Positions 20,346 through 31,733 are shown, counted from the stretch's first letter. The stretch: 53,950 nt of DNA from Bacteroidales bacterium (GCA_016281255.1 JAEEIG010000170.1:1-53950); one strand, 5' to 3'. Notes: generated by a model from the sequence alone, not told the origin. A program made the numbers and translations.

Positions 20346-21182
20346 ATGAAAATTTGCGTTATCGGTACAGGTACCATGGCCAAAGGTATTGTAAAGGCTT
20401 TCGCCGCCAAGATGCCCGTGGTCATGAAGAGCAGAACCCAAGCCAGCCTCGACAAGGCAATGGGTTCTATTTCAAAAGGTTATAGCAAACTGGTGGAAAA
20501 AGGCAAGATGACCCAAGAGGCTGTCGATGCTTTGTTGAAGAATATCACCACCACCACGGACTACGCCACATTTGCAGATGCAGACCTCGTGATTGAAGCC
20601 GCTGTAGAGGAAATGCAGCTCAAAAAGGACGTCTTCATGGAATTAGACAAAATCTGCAAACCGGAGACGATTTTCGCCACCAACTCCTCTTCTTTGTCCA
20701 TCACGGAGATTGCCGCCTGCACGAGCCGTCCCACGAAATTCATTGGCTGCCACTTCTTTAACCCCGCCGACAGAATGGCATTGGTGGAGGTCATCAAGGG
20801 TCAGCTCACCTCGGACGAGACGGCCAAATGCATCGTGGATCTGACCACCGAGATTGGCAAGACCCCCGTTCCCGTGAACGAAGCACCCGGTTTCGTGGTG
20901 AACCGCATCCTCATCCCGATGATCAACGAGGCTGTGGGCATTCTGGCCGACGGCATCGCAAGCGCCGAGGACATCGACAAGTGCATGATGTTGGGTGCCA
21001 ACCACCCCATGGGCCCGCTCGCTTTGGCCGACCTCATCGGCAACGACGTGAACCTGGCCATCATGGAGGTGCTCTACAAAGAGTTCGGTGACCCGAAGTA
21101 TCGTCCTCACCCGCTGTTGCGCAAGATGGTCCGCGCCGGACTGCTTGGCCGCAAGACTGGCGAAGGATTCTACAAATACTAA
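20346..21182 (+). CDS. hbd: 3-hydroxybutyryl-CoA dehydrogenase
   Basis: [58 protein letters not shown]. Confidence 0.93.
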   Translation: MKICVIGTGTMAKGIVKAFAAKMPVVMKSRTQASLDKAMGSISKGYSKLVEKGKMTQEAVDALLKNITTTTDYATFADADLVIEAAVEEMQLKKDVFMELDKICKPETIFATNSSSLSITEIAACTSRPTKFIGCHFFNPADRMALVEVIKGQLTSDETAKCIVDLTTEIGKTPVPVNEAPGFVVNRILIPMINEAVGILADGIASAEDIDKCMMLGANHPMGPLALADLIGNDVNLAIMEVLYKEFGDPKYRPHPLLRKMVRAGLLGRKTGEGFYKY

Positions 21183-21196
21183 AATCGAACGAAAAC

Positions 21197-21234
21197 AAAA
21201 ACACCCTCGGAGTTATCCGGGGGTGTTTTCTTTT
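21197..21234 (+). terminator. Terminator hairpin after hbd
   Basis: AAAACACCCTCGGA-GTTA-TCCGGGGGTGTTTT followed by CTTTT. Confidence 0.8.
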
Positions 21235-21246
21235 GGGTTTACAGGC

Positions 21247-21421
21247 TTACTTGTCGTTTTTTGGTTTCCACCTACTCGCTTCAGCATTATTTGAACTTAC
21301 TTCGATGGTGATAGAATCTCCAACTTGACGGTCACCATAGAATGATGCTATTCCTTGTATCGTTTGATTTTTGGGCGACTGCCTTTTTATGTTTCTTTTT
21401 ATGTTTATGTTTCTTTTTCAT
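21247..21421 (-). pseudogene. Internally deleted, frameshifted small gene remnant
   Basis: ATG at 21421 gives MKKKHKHKKKHKKAVAQKSN. A different frame gives IQGIASFYGDRQVGDSITIEVSSNNAEASRWKPKNDK-TAA (stop 21247-21249). The span of 175 nt is not a multiple of 3. Confidence 0.45.
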
Positions 21422-21532
21422 ATGATATTATTATGGTGCAGAGGCGAGTCGTGATGTGCAATGTAGTGTCGTACTTGTTCGATGTTCATTTATATGCTCC
21501 TACGCCTGCGAAAACTCGCATTTTGCCGGTTA

Positions 21533-22444
21533 TCACCAGCGAAGCCAATCCTTGCGGCCACGCAATTTGTCTATCAGGGTCGGTTTGGTCACGGGCTTTT
21601 GGAATTCGAAGTTGCCGGAGTAATTGATGTAGCCATGCGTGTCACCGATTCTGGCGTAAGCAAGCCCTTCGGAAAATATGTTCAGATTGTCGAACTTTGC
21701 ATCTACCAACAAGTTACCCTCTTTGTCGATGATTCCATATTTCCCGTCCATCTCCACTCTAGAGTATCCCTCGTAGAGCGGCATGACATAATCGAATCGG
21801 TCGCCAAGCCGAGTCACTTCAGCCCCATTTTTGTCAATAAAACTCCAAACGCCATCTTTATTGACTGGAGCCACCCCTTCGGAAAAGGACTCCGCTTCAT
21901 CGAATTGAGGTTGGATGACAAAACGCCCTGTGGTGTCGATGAAGCCGCTTTTGCCATCCTCGGTCAAAGTCACCAATGCCAATCCATCGATAAACGGAAA
22001 CGCCATGAAGAATTTCGGTTCAATCACCATCTTTCCCGAACGATCAATAAAGCCGTTGTTGTTGAAACCAACTTCGGCAGTAGCCAGTCCGCAAGAAAAC
22101 AGTCCCACATCCGTGTATTCCTCACCGAAATCAACGACCACGTTTCCAGCCTTGTCGATGATTTGGAGTTGGTTTTCGATTTGAACCGTCGCAAGCCCCT
22201 CGGAAAAAGCAAGGGCAAAGTCATATTTCGGCTCCAACACCATCGTACCGTATCGGTCGATGAATCCGTATTTATTCTTAACGGCCACTGCGGCCAAACC
22301 TTCTGAGAAACCGTCTGCTCCCGTAAACTTCGGCTCAATTTCAACATTTCCATTACGATTGATAAACCCCATGTGGTTTTTGATAACCACGGCAGCCATT
22401 CCTTCGGAGAAAACCCACGGACTGCCAATAATAGCACTATTCAT
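21533..22444 (-). CDS. WG-repeat (KWG) protein, 8 repeats, no signal peptide
   Basis: Eight repeats of about 35 aa, FSEGLA.V....KYGFID..G..VIEPKF. Confidence 0.9.
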   Translation of the reverse strand: MNSAIIGSPWVFSEGMAAVVIKNHMGFINRNGNVEIEPKFTGADGFSEGLAAVAVKNKYGFIDRYGTMVLEPKYDFALAFSEGLATVQIENQLQIIDKAGNVVVDFGEEYTDVGLFSCGLATAEVGFNNNGFIDRSGKMVIEPKFFMAFPFIDGLALVTLTEDGKSGFIDTTGRFVIQPQFDEAESFSEGVAPVNKDGVWSFIDKNGAEVTRLGDRFDYVMPLYEGYSRVEMDGKYGIIDKEGNLLVDAKFDNLNIFSEGLAYARIGDTHGYINYSGNFEFQKPVTKPTLIDKLRGRKDWLRW

Positions 22445-22642
22445 GATACAAAATTTTGAAATTTCTGTTTTTTTATTTCCTCAAAAGCGTTCATCACATT
22501 TGTTCACCCACCTTGGGTCGCAAAGATACTATCTTTGTTTATTGGTATGGATACAAAAAAGTCAAAAGGTTGCAGTTTGTTGAAAAATATTTATTTCGAG
22601 AACTCCGCAAGCGGAATGCTAATGTTGACCGGGGATTCCCTT

Positions 22643-22746
22643 TAACCTTCTAACCTTTTAACCCTTTAACCGCCTAACCGTGTAAACCTGTAAACCCGTA
22701 AACCTGTAAGCCTGTAAACCTGTAAACCCCTAAGCCTGTAAACCCA
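22643..22746. repeat. Degenerate 8-bp tandem repeat, 13 units (consensus TAAACCTG)
   Basis: taaccttc taaccttt taaccctt taaccgcc taaccgtg taaacctg taaacccg taaacctg taagcctg taaacctg taaacccc taagcctg taaaccca. Confidence 0.9.
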
Positions 22747-22785
22747 AGACGCCCTCGGAGAATTTTCCGAAGGCGTTTTGTTTTT
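22747..22785. terminator. Hairpin, probable terminator, related in sequence to the hbd terminator
   Basis: ACGCCCTCGGAGAA-TTTTCCGAAGGCGT-TTTGTTTTT. ACGCCCTCGGAG matches ACACCCTCGGAG (21201-21212) at 11 of 12 positions. Confidence 0.65.
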
Positions 22786-22792
22786 CCACCAG

Positions 22793-22900
22793 CATCTGGT
22801 ATCCGGTATCCGGTCTCCTGCAAATGTTTTGCGATTTTTGGGGTTAGTCTGCGGAAATCTGCGAGGTCTGTGAGCAATATGGTCGGTGGTGGGTCATTGG
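22793..22900. repeat. Short degenerate 7-bp and 9-10-bp tandem repeats
   Basis: catctgg tatccgg tatccgg tctcctg (22793-22820); TCTGCG/TCTGTG at 22848, 22858 and 22867; tggtcgg tggtggg. Confidence 0.55.
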
Positions 22901-22913
22901 CAGAGGCAAACTG

Positions 22914-25900
22914 TTATCGTTTCACCACTCGCTTGGTGACAGTGCCTTGTTCGGTGATCACACGTACGAAGTAGATGCCGGAAGCACGGGAAGATAAGTT
23001 GATATCTATTTGATAATCATCTACTTGAATAATGTCCAGTTCTTTTCCGAAAACATCAAACACCTCTACTTGATCAATGAGAAATTCTTCGCTGCGGATG
23101 GTGCATTTGCCAGTTGTGGGGTTGGGGAGAACATTGATCGACATGTCAAGCTGATGTGGCGCAATACCAACAGAATCAGTGTCGGAAGGATGTATATACG
23201 ATATTACTATATTGTCCATCCACATGAACCAATTGTAGTTTTGTGGGTAATACCGGAATGCGATGTGATTTCCCGTTCCGGAAATATTTGTTAAGTCGAA
23301 ATCTACCACTTCGTCAGTCCAGCTTCCAGTGATTTCTCCTGCTTCAATGGTACGAACAAGTTCGAAACTGTTTTCATCGGCAGTACTATTCAGCACACCT
23401 ACTTCAAGACGGCCTGAATTTCCCGATTCAGCAAGCATTTGGAAAGAGGCCCGTACATCATGCAGTTCCACATCTAATCGGGGCATCACGGCCATCAGCA
23501 TATCCCCTGCATTATCTGTCCTGAGCCAGAGTGAATGCGAGCCGCCCACATAGTTATGAGTTACTTGGATGCTAGCATTTTCAGGGAAGAAAATATCCGG
23601 GTAAGCCCATGAGGTATACGGGAAAGACCAGCAACGGGGACGAGCGAATTCGTTGTAATACCAAGGTTGGAAGTAGTTTTCGAAGTCTTCCACGTAAGGC
23701 AGGTGAGTTATTGTGGTACATGTTGTAGTAAAAGCTACGGGCACGCTCCACCCACTTGTTTCACCATTGTCACAGTTGGCTTTGACATACACATCGTACC
23801 ATTTCCCAAACTCTAGATTGTTTATATGATACGGTTTTGATGTTACGGTGGTAATCATGGCTTGGGACATAGGTGCTTCATGTAACTTCACTGCGACTTG
23901 CCAAGAGGTTACCTCGCTTTCGGAGATCCAGTCTATATCGGCTGATTGATCCGTGATATTGGTGACGCTAATGTCGTGTGGCAGTGGGCATGTTGAGTGC
24001 TAAAGCAGCACATTGTCAAGGTACCCATAACCACGTAGTGCTATGTAATGACCGTTGCCAGTGTAGTTGTGCAGATGCACTTTTTTTTCTGCCCAATGCT
24101 CCACTTGGTGGTACTCTAATTGCATGGTGTCCACTGGAGTGAAAGTGGTTGCATCTTCTGGATCATCCATTACACCTACGATAAGCATGGCTGCGGGGTC
24201 GTAGGTTTTGTATTGGAAGGAAATTTGTAGTTCGTTGATAGGTGTTGCTGGATCTATTTCAGGCAGGATTGCAAAGCTGTTGTATCCGGATGGGAAGACC
24301 ATCATGCCAGGAGTACTGTAGGTGTGGTCGTAATGACCTGGAGTGTACAGATCAATATAAGGGTAATTGCTTGATGTGGTACTTAATCGTTGCCAGCACC
24401 GTGGGAAACTTGCAGTTTCATACGTATCAAAATTGTCAGAATAGGGGAATGATGAAATGTAACCGCAGTCGGTTCGCTGAGAAATGGGTTGAGACCAATA
24501 ACTGTACTCGCTATTGTTGCACAAAGCGCGAATATAAAGGTCGTATGAGTAATCATTTATCAGATTTTGGAATGTGAATATCGTATCCGTCAGGGTGATC
24601 AATTGTGATGGATTAATGGCGGACCCAGTAGGGACGAGAGCCGCTTCCCAAACACTGTCTAAAGGTGAAGATGGGGTAAAGTGAATTGTGATGGTGTGTG
24701 CAGTCACGGAATCCACCGTGATGTGCGTTGGAACGCCACAAAGACAACCTTGTATGGACACGTTGTCCACTGCGGCAGGTGGGTTGGAAACGTTGTATTC
24801 AGTATTGGTCCACAAGAAGTAGAGGCGCTTCACCCCTTGGAACGTGGTGTCAGCTGTAAAGGTGAAATGACTCCAGCTGGGTTGTCCGTAGAAATCGTTT
24901 CCAATTTGCACCGCGCCCGTGGGAACAGCATAAGATATTGAGCCTCCGGGACCTGCATAATCCACAGGGGTCACGGGTGGCCCTATGAACACCTTCATCC
25001 ATGCAAAATCGGCATTCCCTTGCACCCGATAATCAAAAGAAATCTCATATCCTGAATACGAAGGATCAAAATAAAAATCCCGAAATGCCCAGCATCGATA
25101 GATGTTAGTAGTGAAACAGGCATTGGAAACACCATTGTCGTTGGAAATGTATAAAGCTGAATCCCCTGACTGATAAGCAGCATGACCAATGAACCAGCCA
25201 GTGGGCCAGGTGGAATTGGTATAGGTCAACGATGTCCAGTGACTATTTTCTTCTGCATCTTCGAAACCATGAGCGTATGGAATCCTGCCCAATATCGAAT
25301 GTGTCTGATAAGTTTCCTGATTGCTCCAAAAACTTGTCTCACCATCAGAGCAGAGGGATTTCACTTTCCAAGTATAGAAAGAGGAAGGCTCAAGATTCGT
25401 CATTTGATAGGATGTCTCTGTAGTGAGCACTTCTGTAAAAGCACTGTCTGTCAATGCTTTGAATGCTACGATAAATGTATCCGCGTCAGAATGCCATGTT
25501 AGAGTGGCAGCATCATCAAGAATGTTGACTGTGGCTAACTGCATGGGAATGGGGCAACTAGAGGTGCTGATTTGGATATTGTCCACGGCGCCTGGCGGAT
25601 TCGTACCTTCAACATAATCGTTTTTCCACAAGAAGAAAAGGCGTTGTATGCCTGCATGAGTGGAGTCTACGGTGAAAGTAACAGTGTTCCATATAGAATC
25701 GTTTACATAATCACCACCTAATTGCGTGGAGCCTTGAGGTGCTATATTAAAGTAAGAATTACTTTGATAAGCGGGAGGCGTAACAGGCGGTCCAAGATAA
25801 ACATTGAGTCTATCGTAAGGCAAATTACTAAATACCTCCCCAAAACTGCGAACATCAAACGTAATATGATACTCAGGATGTCCTGGGGTGAAATAAAAAT

Positions 25901-28900
25901 CTCGGTAAGCCCATACATGGGAAGTAGAATTGACACTGTAGGCATTGGTGGCACCATTATCGTTGGAAACATACAGCGAGTTGCTGCCTCCATTATTCGT
26001 TGCATTGCCTATGTGCCAAATATTCGTGTAGGTTCCGTTTACAAATGTCCATTGATTGTTCTCAACAGTGTCCTCAAAATCGCAAATATAGGGTAATCGT
26101 GCGGTGTTTTCAGATGTTTGGAAGGAGGATTCTGCAGACCAGAAGCTATGGTCAGTGGCAGTGCAGTTGGTCCGCACTTTCCAAACGTATGTGGTCAGTG
26201 GGGCGAGATTGCCAACGGTGACATACTGATCAGGAACTGTTAGATAAGTATATGCTGAATCGTTTGGAAGTTTATAAGCAACAGTATAGGAATCGGCACT
26301 CCCGTTAGCCAACGTCCACGACAAATTAGCAAGTGTGTCCATTACTTGTGCGGTCAATGCAGTAGGAACATGGGCACAATAGAATCCAGTAATAGAGATG
26401 TTGTCAATATAAGCAGGAGAAGAAACGTTGTTGTTGTAACCATAATATTGAAAATATAATCGTTGTAATCCTTTGTGGGTAGAGTCAATCACCATTGTTT
26501 TTGTTTGCCAAATGCAAGTGTCTTGGAATATTGTTGTAAGTTCGGTAGCTCCTGAGACAGTTGTGCCACCAGGAATCGTAGGTGTTCCGATGAAAACTCG
26601 TACATATTCATTGTTTGCAGCATTGCTCAAGCCATAGAAATCAAAAGTTAGGGCGTAGCCGTTATATGTGGAATCAAAGAAAATGTCGCGATAAGCCCAA
26701 TAGACGTGGCTGACCGGATTGTTGTCGTTAACGTAAAGAGCATGTTCACCGTCTCCGCTGATAGAATTTCCTATTTGCCAATTCACGTAACCAGTAGAGA
26801 TTGTGCTGGTGCGAAATGTCCAAGCTGCATTTTCTGTTGCATCCTCAAAATCACAGAAATAGGGCGTTTGAGTGGGAGTCTCGAATGTCTGCTCAGTACT
26901 CCACTCGCTCTGTCCATCCTCGCCGCATGAGCTTCGTACCTTCCATACGTACTTGGTAAACGGGGTGAGAGTGTTGAGGGTGCAAAATGTGTCAGCAACC
27001 GTGATTTCTTGATATTCCTGAACGTCATAGGGACGGTAGGCCACAATGTAGGAAGTGGCATCACCGGTCCAGGACAAAGTTTGCGCGTTGCCGCTGACCA
27101 TTGATGAAGTTAAATTTTGAGGCAAGGAACAATGAGAACCCACAATCGAGAGGTTATCCAAAGCGGCGGGCGGCTGAATGCCATTGGAGTTGTTGTTAAC
27201 CCACAAGAAATAGATGCGTTGCACGCCAGCGTAGGTGGAATCCAGCTCGTAAGCGTAATGTGCCCAATCGTTCACCTCCGAGAGTTTGCTAACCAACGGC
27301 ACCGCACCTTCCGGCGTAGCAGTGCCAGATGGAGCAGATGGTGTACCCACAAACACTTTCATGTAGTCAGCCGTATTTTGTCCCATGCCCTTGTAATCGA
27401 AAGATAATTGATAAACTAAATGGTTTTCGTCGAAATAGACATCGCGGTACGCCCACACGGACGAGGTTGAGGTGATGGTATAGGCATTGGTCGTACCACT
27501 GTCGTTGGAGATATAGAGGGCGTTGTTATCACCGTAGCCAGTGGCATTGCCTATCACCCATTGGTTCACGGCATTGCCGTTCGCTAATGTCCAATGGCTG
27601 TTTTCGGTCGGGCTGTCGAAGGGACAGAGGTATGGTAAGTGTGTCGGCGTTTGCGTAGTGGTGAAGAATGCATCGCTGCTCCATTCGCTGGTGTCAGAAG
27701 TGCTGCAAATAGAACGTACATGCCATATATAATCGCTACTCGGAATAAGTCCTGGAACCGTGATGGTCGTGTCCTGTGTGGTTAATTCCGTATAAACCGA
27801 ATCGCTCAACACCTTGTAAGCCAATATGAAAGAAGATACGATACCGGCACTTCCAGACGACCAAGCAAACGTGGAAGTAGTGTCTTGCGGATTAGAGGTC
27901 AAGTTGCTGGGCACTCCGCAAGTCACCCCATTGATGGAGATATTGTCAATAGCAGCAGGAGGGTTGGCACCCGTCCACAGGTTGTTGGTCCATAAAATAT
28001 AAAGACGTTGCGCACCCGCATGGGTGGAGTCTATTGTGAAACTTTTATGCGTCCATTGGCTTATAAGATTAAGATCTTCCCCTATTTGAACTAAAGGAAC
28101 AGGAAGATCGCTTTGTAGAGGAGGAAACAAAGGAGTGTCTAAGAACAGTCTCACATAATCATTTCCTTCCTCACCCATTCCTTTGAAGTCTAACGAAAGC
28201 TGATATTCAGGATATCCAGGGTCAAAATAAATGTCACGATATGCCCAGACGTATGCGGGGGGACCATACTCGTAACTATTGGTAACCCCGTTGTCGGATG
28301 ATATGTACAGCATTTTATTGTTGTCGACGATTTCGGAAGGGGTTCCAATATACCACTTGTTGGTATGGTTTGAGTAGTATCCGGAGCTACCATTACTATA
28401 GTCTCCGATGCGGATGGTCCAGTGCTGATTTTCTAGTTCATTATCAAAATCACAGAAATAGGGAAGCTGCGCCAATGTCTTGAAAGCCATCTCGCCACTC
28501 CAGTCGCTCCATTCGTTGTCTGAATATAATGCTTGTACTTTCCAAACATACCATGAAGAGGTTCCTAAGTTGGCGAGAGTGTATGTTGTGTCGGAGGCAG
28601 ACAAAAGTACCTCTGTATAAGTTGAATCAGACTGGGAGCGCCATGCCAGACGATAGGAAAGCGGAGTCTCGGAAGAGTCGGATGTCCAGGATAACTGCGC
28701 AGAATGATAGGTGATATCGGTAGTTGTCAAATCAACAGGGGGCTCGTGAAAAATACCTTTGATGGAAATATTGTCAAAAGCGCCAGCGGGATTCCAAGTG
28801 GTGTTGTATTCAAACCGAAGACGCAATTGATGGTAACCAGAAATGGATGAATCTACGATGATGCTTTGACGAGTCCAGAACCCGGCATTACTTAGATGAT

Positions 28901-31664
28901 TACTCAAGAGTGTTTCATCCAGGAATATCTGCATAACTCCCGTTTCGTCGCCTCCTCCTTTACAGTCAAAGGAGATTAGGTATTTCGGATACTCAGGAGT
29001 GAAACAAATGTTGCGTAAGGCCTCAGGATTAGTCGAATTCGGTGTGTAACTATTGGTAACACCGTTGTCTTTTGAGATATACAATGAGTGCCCCTCGTTA
29101 TACGCAACTGCATTGCCGATATATGTTTTATTACTACCACTATTGGGAGTGAGCTGCCAGATAGCGTTCTCCACCGAATCTTCAAAATCACAGAAATAGG
29201 GTAGAATAGCTATCGGAAGTTTAGTCGTGAATGATAGGGGATCACTCCAATAACTACCGGTCGAATCTGAACAATGCGAACGCACACTCCATACGTAGGA
29301 TGTTGTAGAATTCAGACTGCCAATCCGGAGCACCGTGTCGTTGGTTTGAACTTCCGTATAGGCAGTGTCGCCAGTGGATTTGTATGCCACCGTATAGCTG
29401 TCGGCTCCAACGGGTTCCCAAGCAATGAGTGCGAAGGTGTCTTGCACGCTAATGTTTTGCAAATTGTGAACGCGCGGACAGGCGTTTCCTACAATGGAGA
29501 GATTGTCAATGGCTGATGCTGGGTTACGCGACCACATAGCGCGACAGCTGCCGAAATAGATGCGTTGAACTCCTGCAAAGGTTGAATCCACCAGGAAAGT
29601 GTAATGCTTCCAGATAGTGTCTGAATCAAAATAAGTGAGGAGGATGCTTCCAGGTGGTGTCTCTGTATCGACGGTTAGCGATTCGTAAGGCGGTCCGATC
29701 ATTACCTTTGGAGTTGTCCACGTATCCACAATTCCCTTGTAATCAAAGGAGATTTGATAATCAGCATAGCCAGGAGGAAGTTGGATGTCGCGATAAGCCC
29801 AAATGGTCTTTAGACTATTACTATAACTTACCCCGCTTATCGCATTTGTGATGCCTCCATCATTGGAAACGTACAGCGCTTGGTCTCCAGATTGTGCGGT
29901 AGCAGAACCAATGTACCATCCGTTTATCTCCATGTTTACCATCCGCCAATAGTGGTTCTCTAACGAGTCTTCAAAATCGCAGAAGTACGGGAACTCGGCG
30001 ATGGGGGGCTCGGTCTTGAACTGTATCGTCTCACTCCAGTCGCTTTGGTCGGTGGATGAGCAGTGGGCTCTTACTTTCCATTCGTACTGGGTGTAAATAT
30101 CTAATCCCGTTAATGTGAATGATGTGTCTGTCAACGTGATTGTTGTGAAATCGGAATCGTCTAAGGTTCTATATGCCAGTGTGTAATAGCTTGCGGCTCC
30201 GATTAAGGGCGTATGCCAAGTGAGAACAGCCGAACCCGTGTCAATGTTTGTGGTGGTCAGTTGTTCAGGCATGGCACAGGTGAAACTCTCAATGGTGATG
30301 TCGTCAATGGCACCTGGTGGGTTAGAAATATGAGTGTTGTTATTACTCCAGCAGAAATAGAGCCGATAGACTCCCTGATAAGTTGAATCCAGCAGGAAAG
30401 AATAGGTTTTCCAATTGCTTTGATTGAAAATGTCGCTGCCTAACTTCACTGCTCCGGTGGGCGCATTAGTGGTGTTATTTCCGGGGGTGGCAGGCGGACC
30501 GAGATAGACTTTCATCAATCCGTGATTCATGTTGTTGTAATAACTGTGGTTTTTGGCCACAAAAGATAACCTATGACCGGCATATATGGAGTCGAAGTCA
30601 ATATCTCGGTAAGCCCAAATGTAGGTCACCCCAGATGTGTAACCATAGGAAACACCTTGGTTGTAAGAAACATACATTGAATGGGTTCCGCTGTATTGGG
30701 TCGCCGTACCTACCCACCATTTGTTCGGACCATTGCCGTTGAGGAAAGTCCATTGAGAAGATTCCTCTGCATCTTCAAAGTTACAAACATAAGGTACATG
30801 AGCGATAAATGGAGGTAAGGATACCGATACACCGCTTTTCCAATTGCTGGTATCACCATCATTACAGACGGAACAAACTCTCCATTGTAGAGTGGAATTG
30901 TACGCTATATTATTGACAGTAAAGAAAGTGTCGGTCAATGTGACGTTCGTAAAAATAGTATCAGTAGCAGTTTTGTATTCCAAAACATAATGCTGAGAAG
31001 TAATGTAAGGGCTTGGAGACCAAGTCAGGAGTGCTGAAGTGCCGTTTAATTCAGCATGAGTATTTATGGGTCTAAAACAACCATTGCTGACGTAGTTGAA
31101 AGTCAATATCGGGAGAGAGGACGAAGCGTAGTTAAGACCCGAAGAGAGGTAAGTAAGGTAGGACACCTGTTGAGGTTGACTCATTCCTTTGATCGTTGCC
31201 TCTTTCCAATTAGCCGCAACTGGATTCTCGAACTCTATCAGTAAGTTGCCGCCCATATAGAGGAAGGGATCGTCTAACGTAATGTGCATCTGATTGTTAG
31301 AGATGTTCGATGAGAGTGTGCCAGTCCATACTAACGCGGAGGGTGAGTCAAGGAGACCATTCTGCAAGTCAGTGGCGTTGGTGGTACCGATTCTCACGAG
31401 TTGCGTGCCTCCCCACGAACCATTTGGGGGTGTCTCGAAATAGTAAGTGAGCTCCGTGATATAGTTCCCAATCATGTCTGTCAACAGTGAATCTGGATAG
31501 ATACTTTGCGAACGCTGAACGAAATTCATACGAATTCCATAGACAGGGAAATGACTTTCGGCAATATCCGAACTGTCTGGGCTACAGGGAACAGTAAGGG
31601 TCTGTGCATTCAATCCTGCCATCAGGATCATCGCAATTGCTAATGTCGTAATATGTTTTTTCAT
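22914..31664 (-). pseudogene. Giant modular T9SS cargo protein (10 FN3 + 10 beta-sandwich modules + C-terminal sorting domain), 2916 codons, interrupted by one in-frame TAG at 24000-24002
   Basis: Signal peptide at 31664. ORFs 24000-31664 and 22914-23891 share a frame and the 36 codons between them are open and continue the module pattern (YLDNVLL*HSTCPLPHDISVTNITDQSADIDW). CTD motifs LPNPT..EVFDVFGK..SGIYFVRV..TKRVVKR. Confidence 0.88.
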
Positions 31665-31733
31665 AACTATATAAATTTCTCTATGTTTTTCCTAACCAAC
31701 CTTTTAAGGCGTTATTGCTCTGTTTTCTCTCGG

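Larger units (their letters stand above)
21233..22747. mobile_element. Putative non-autonomous cassette or invertible segment bounded by a perfect 17-bp inverted repeat
   Basis: TTGGGTTTACAGGCTTA (21233-21249) and TAAGCCTGTAAACCCAA (22731-22747). Encloses the WG-repeat gene and a broken ORF; no recombinase inside. Mobility is inferred. Confidence 0.45.

Noticed and set aside
22643-22746. Possible CRISPR array, or the 67-aa ORF 22674-22877
   Set aside because: Units are contiguous 8-mers with no spacers and no cas genes; the ORF just translates the repeat.
24000-24002. Genome-wide TAG recoding
   Set aside because: gldK, the large OMP and the ECF gene end in TAG at their expected C-termini.
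24081-24088. A8 tract near the in-frame stop as a phase-variation switch
   Set aside because: The frame is intact through the tract, and slippage would not restore the downstream in-frame CTD.
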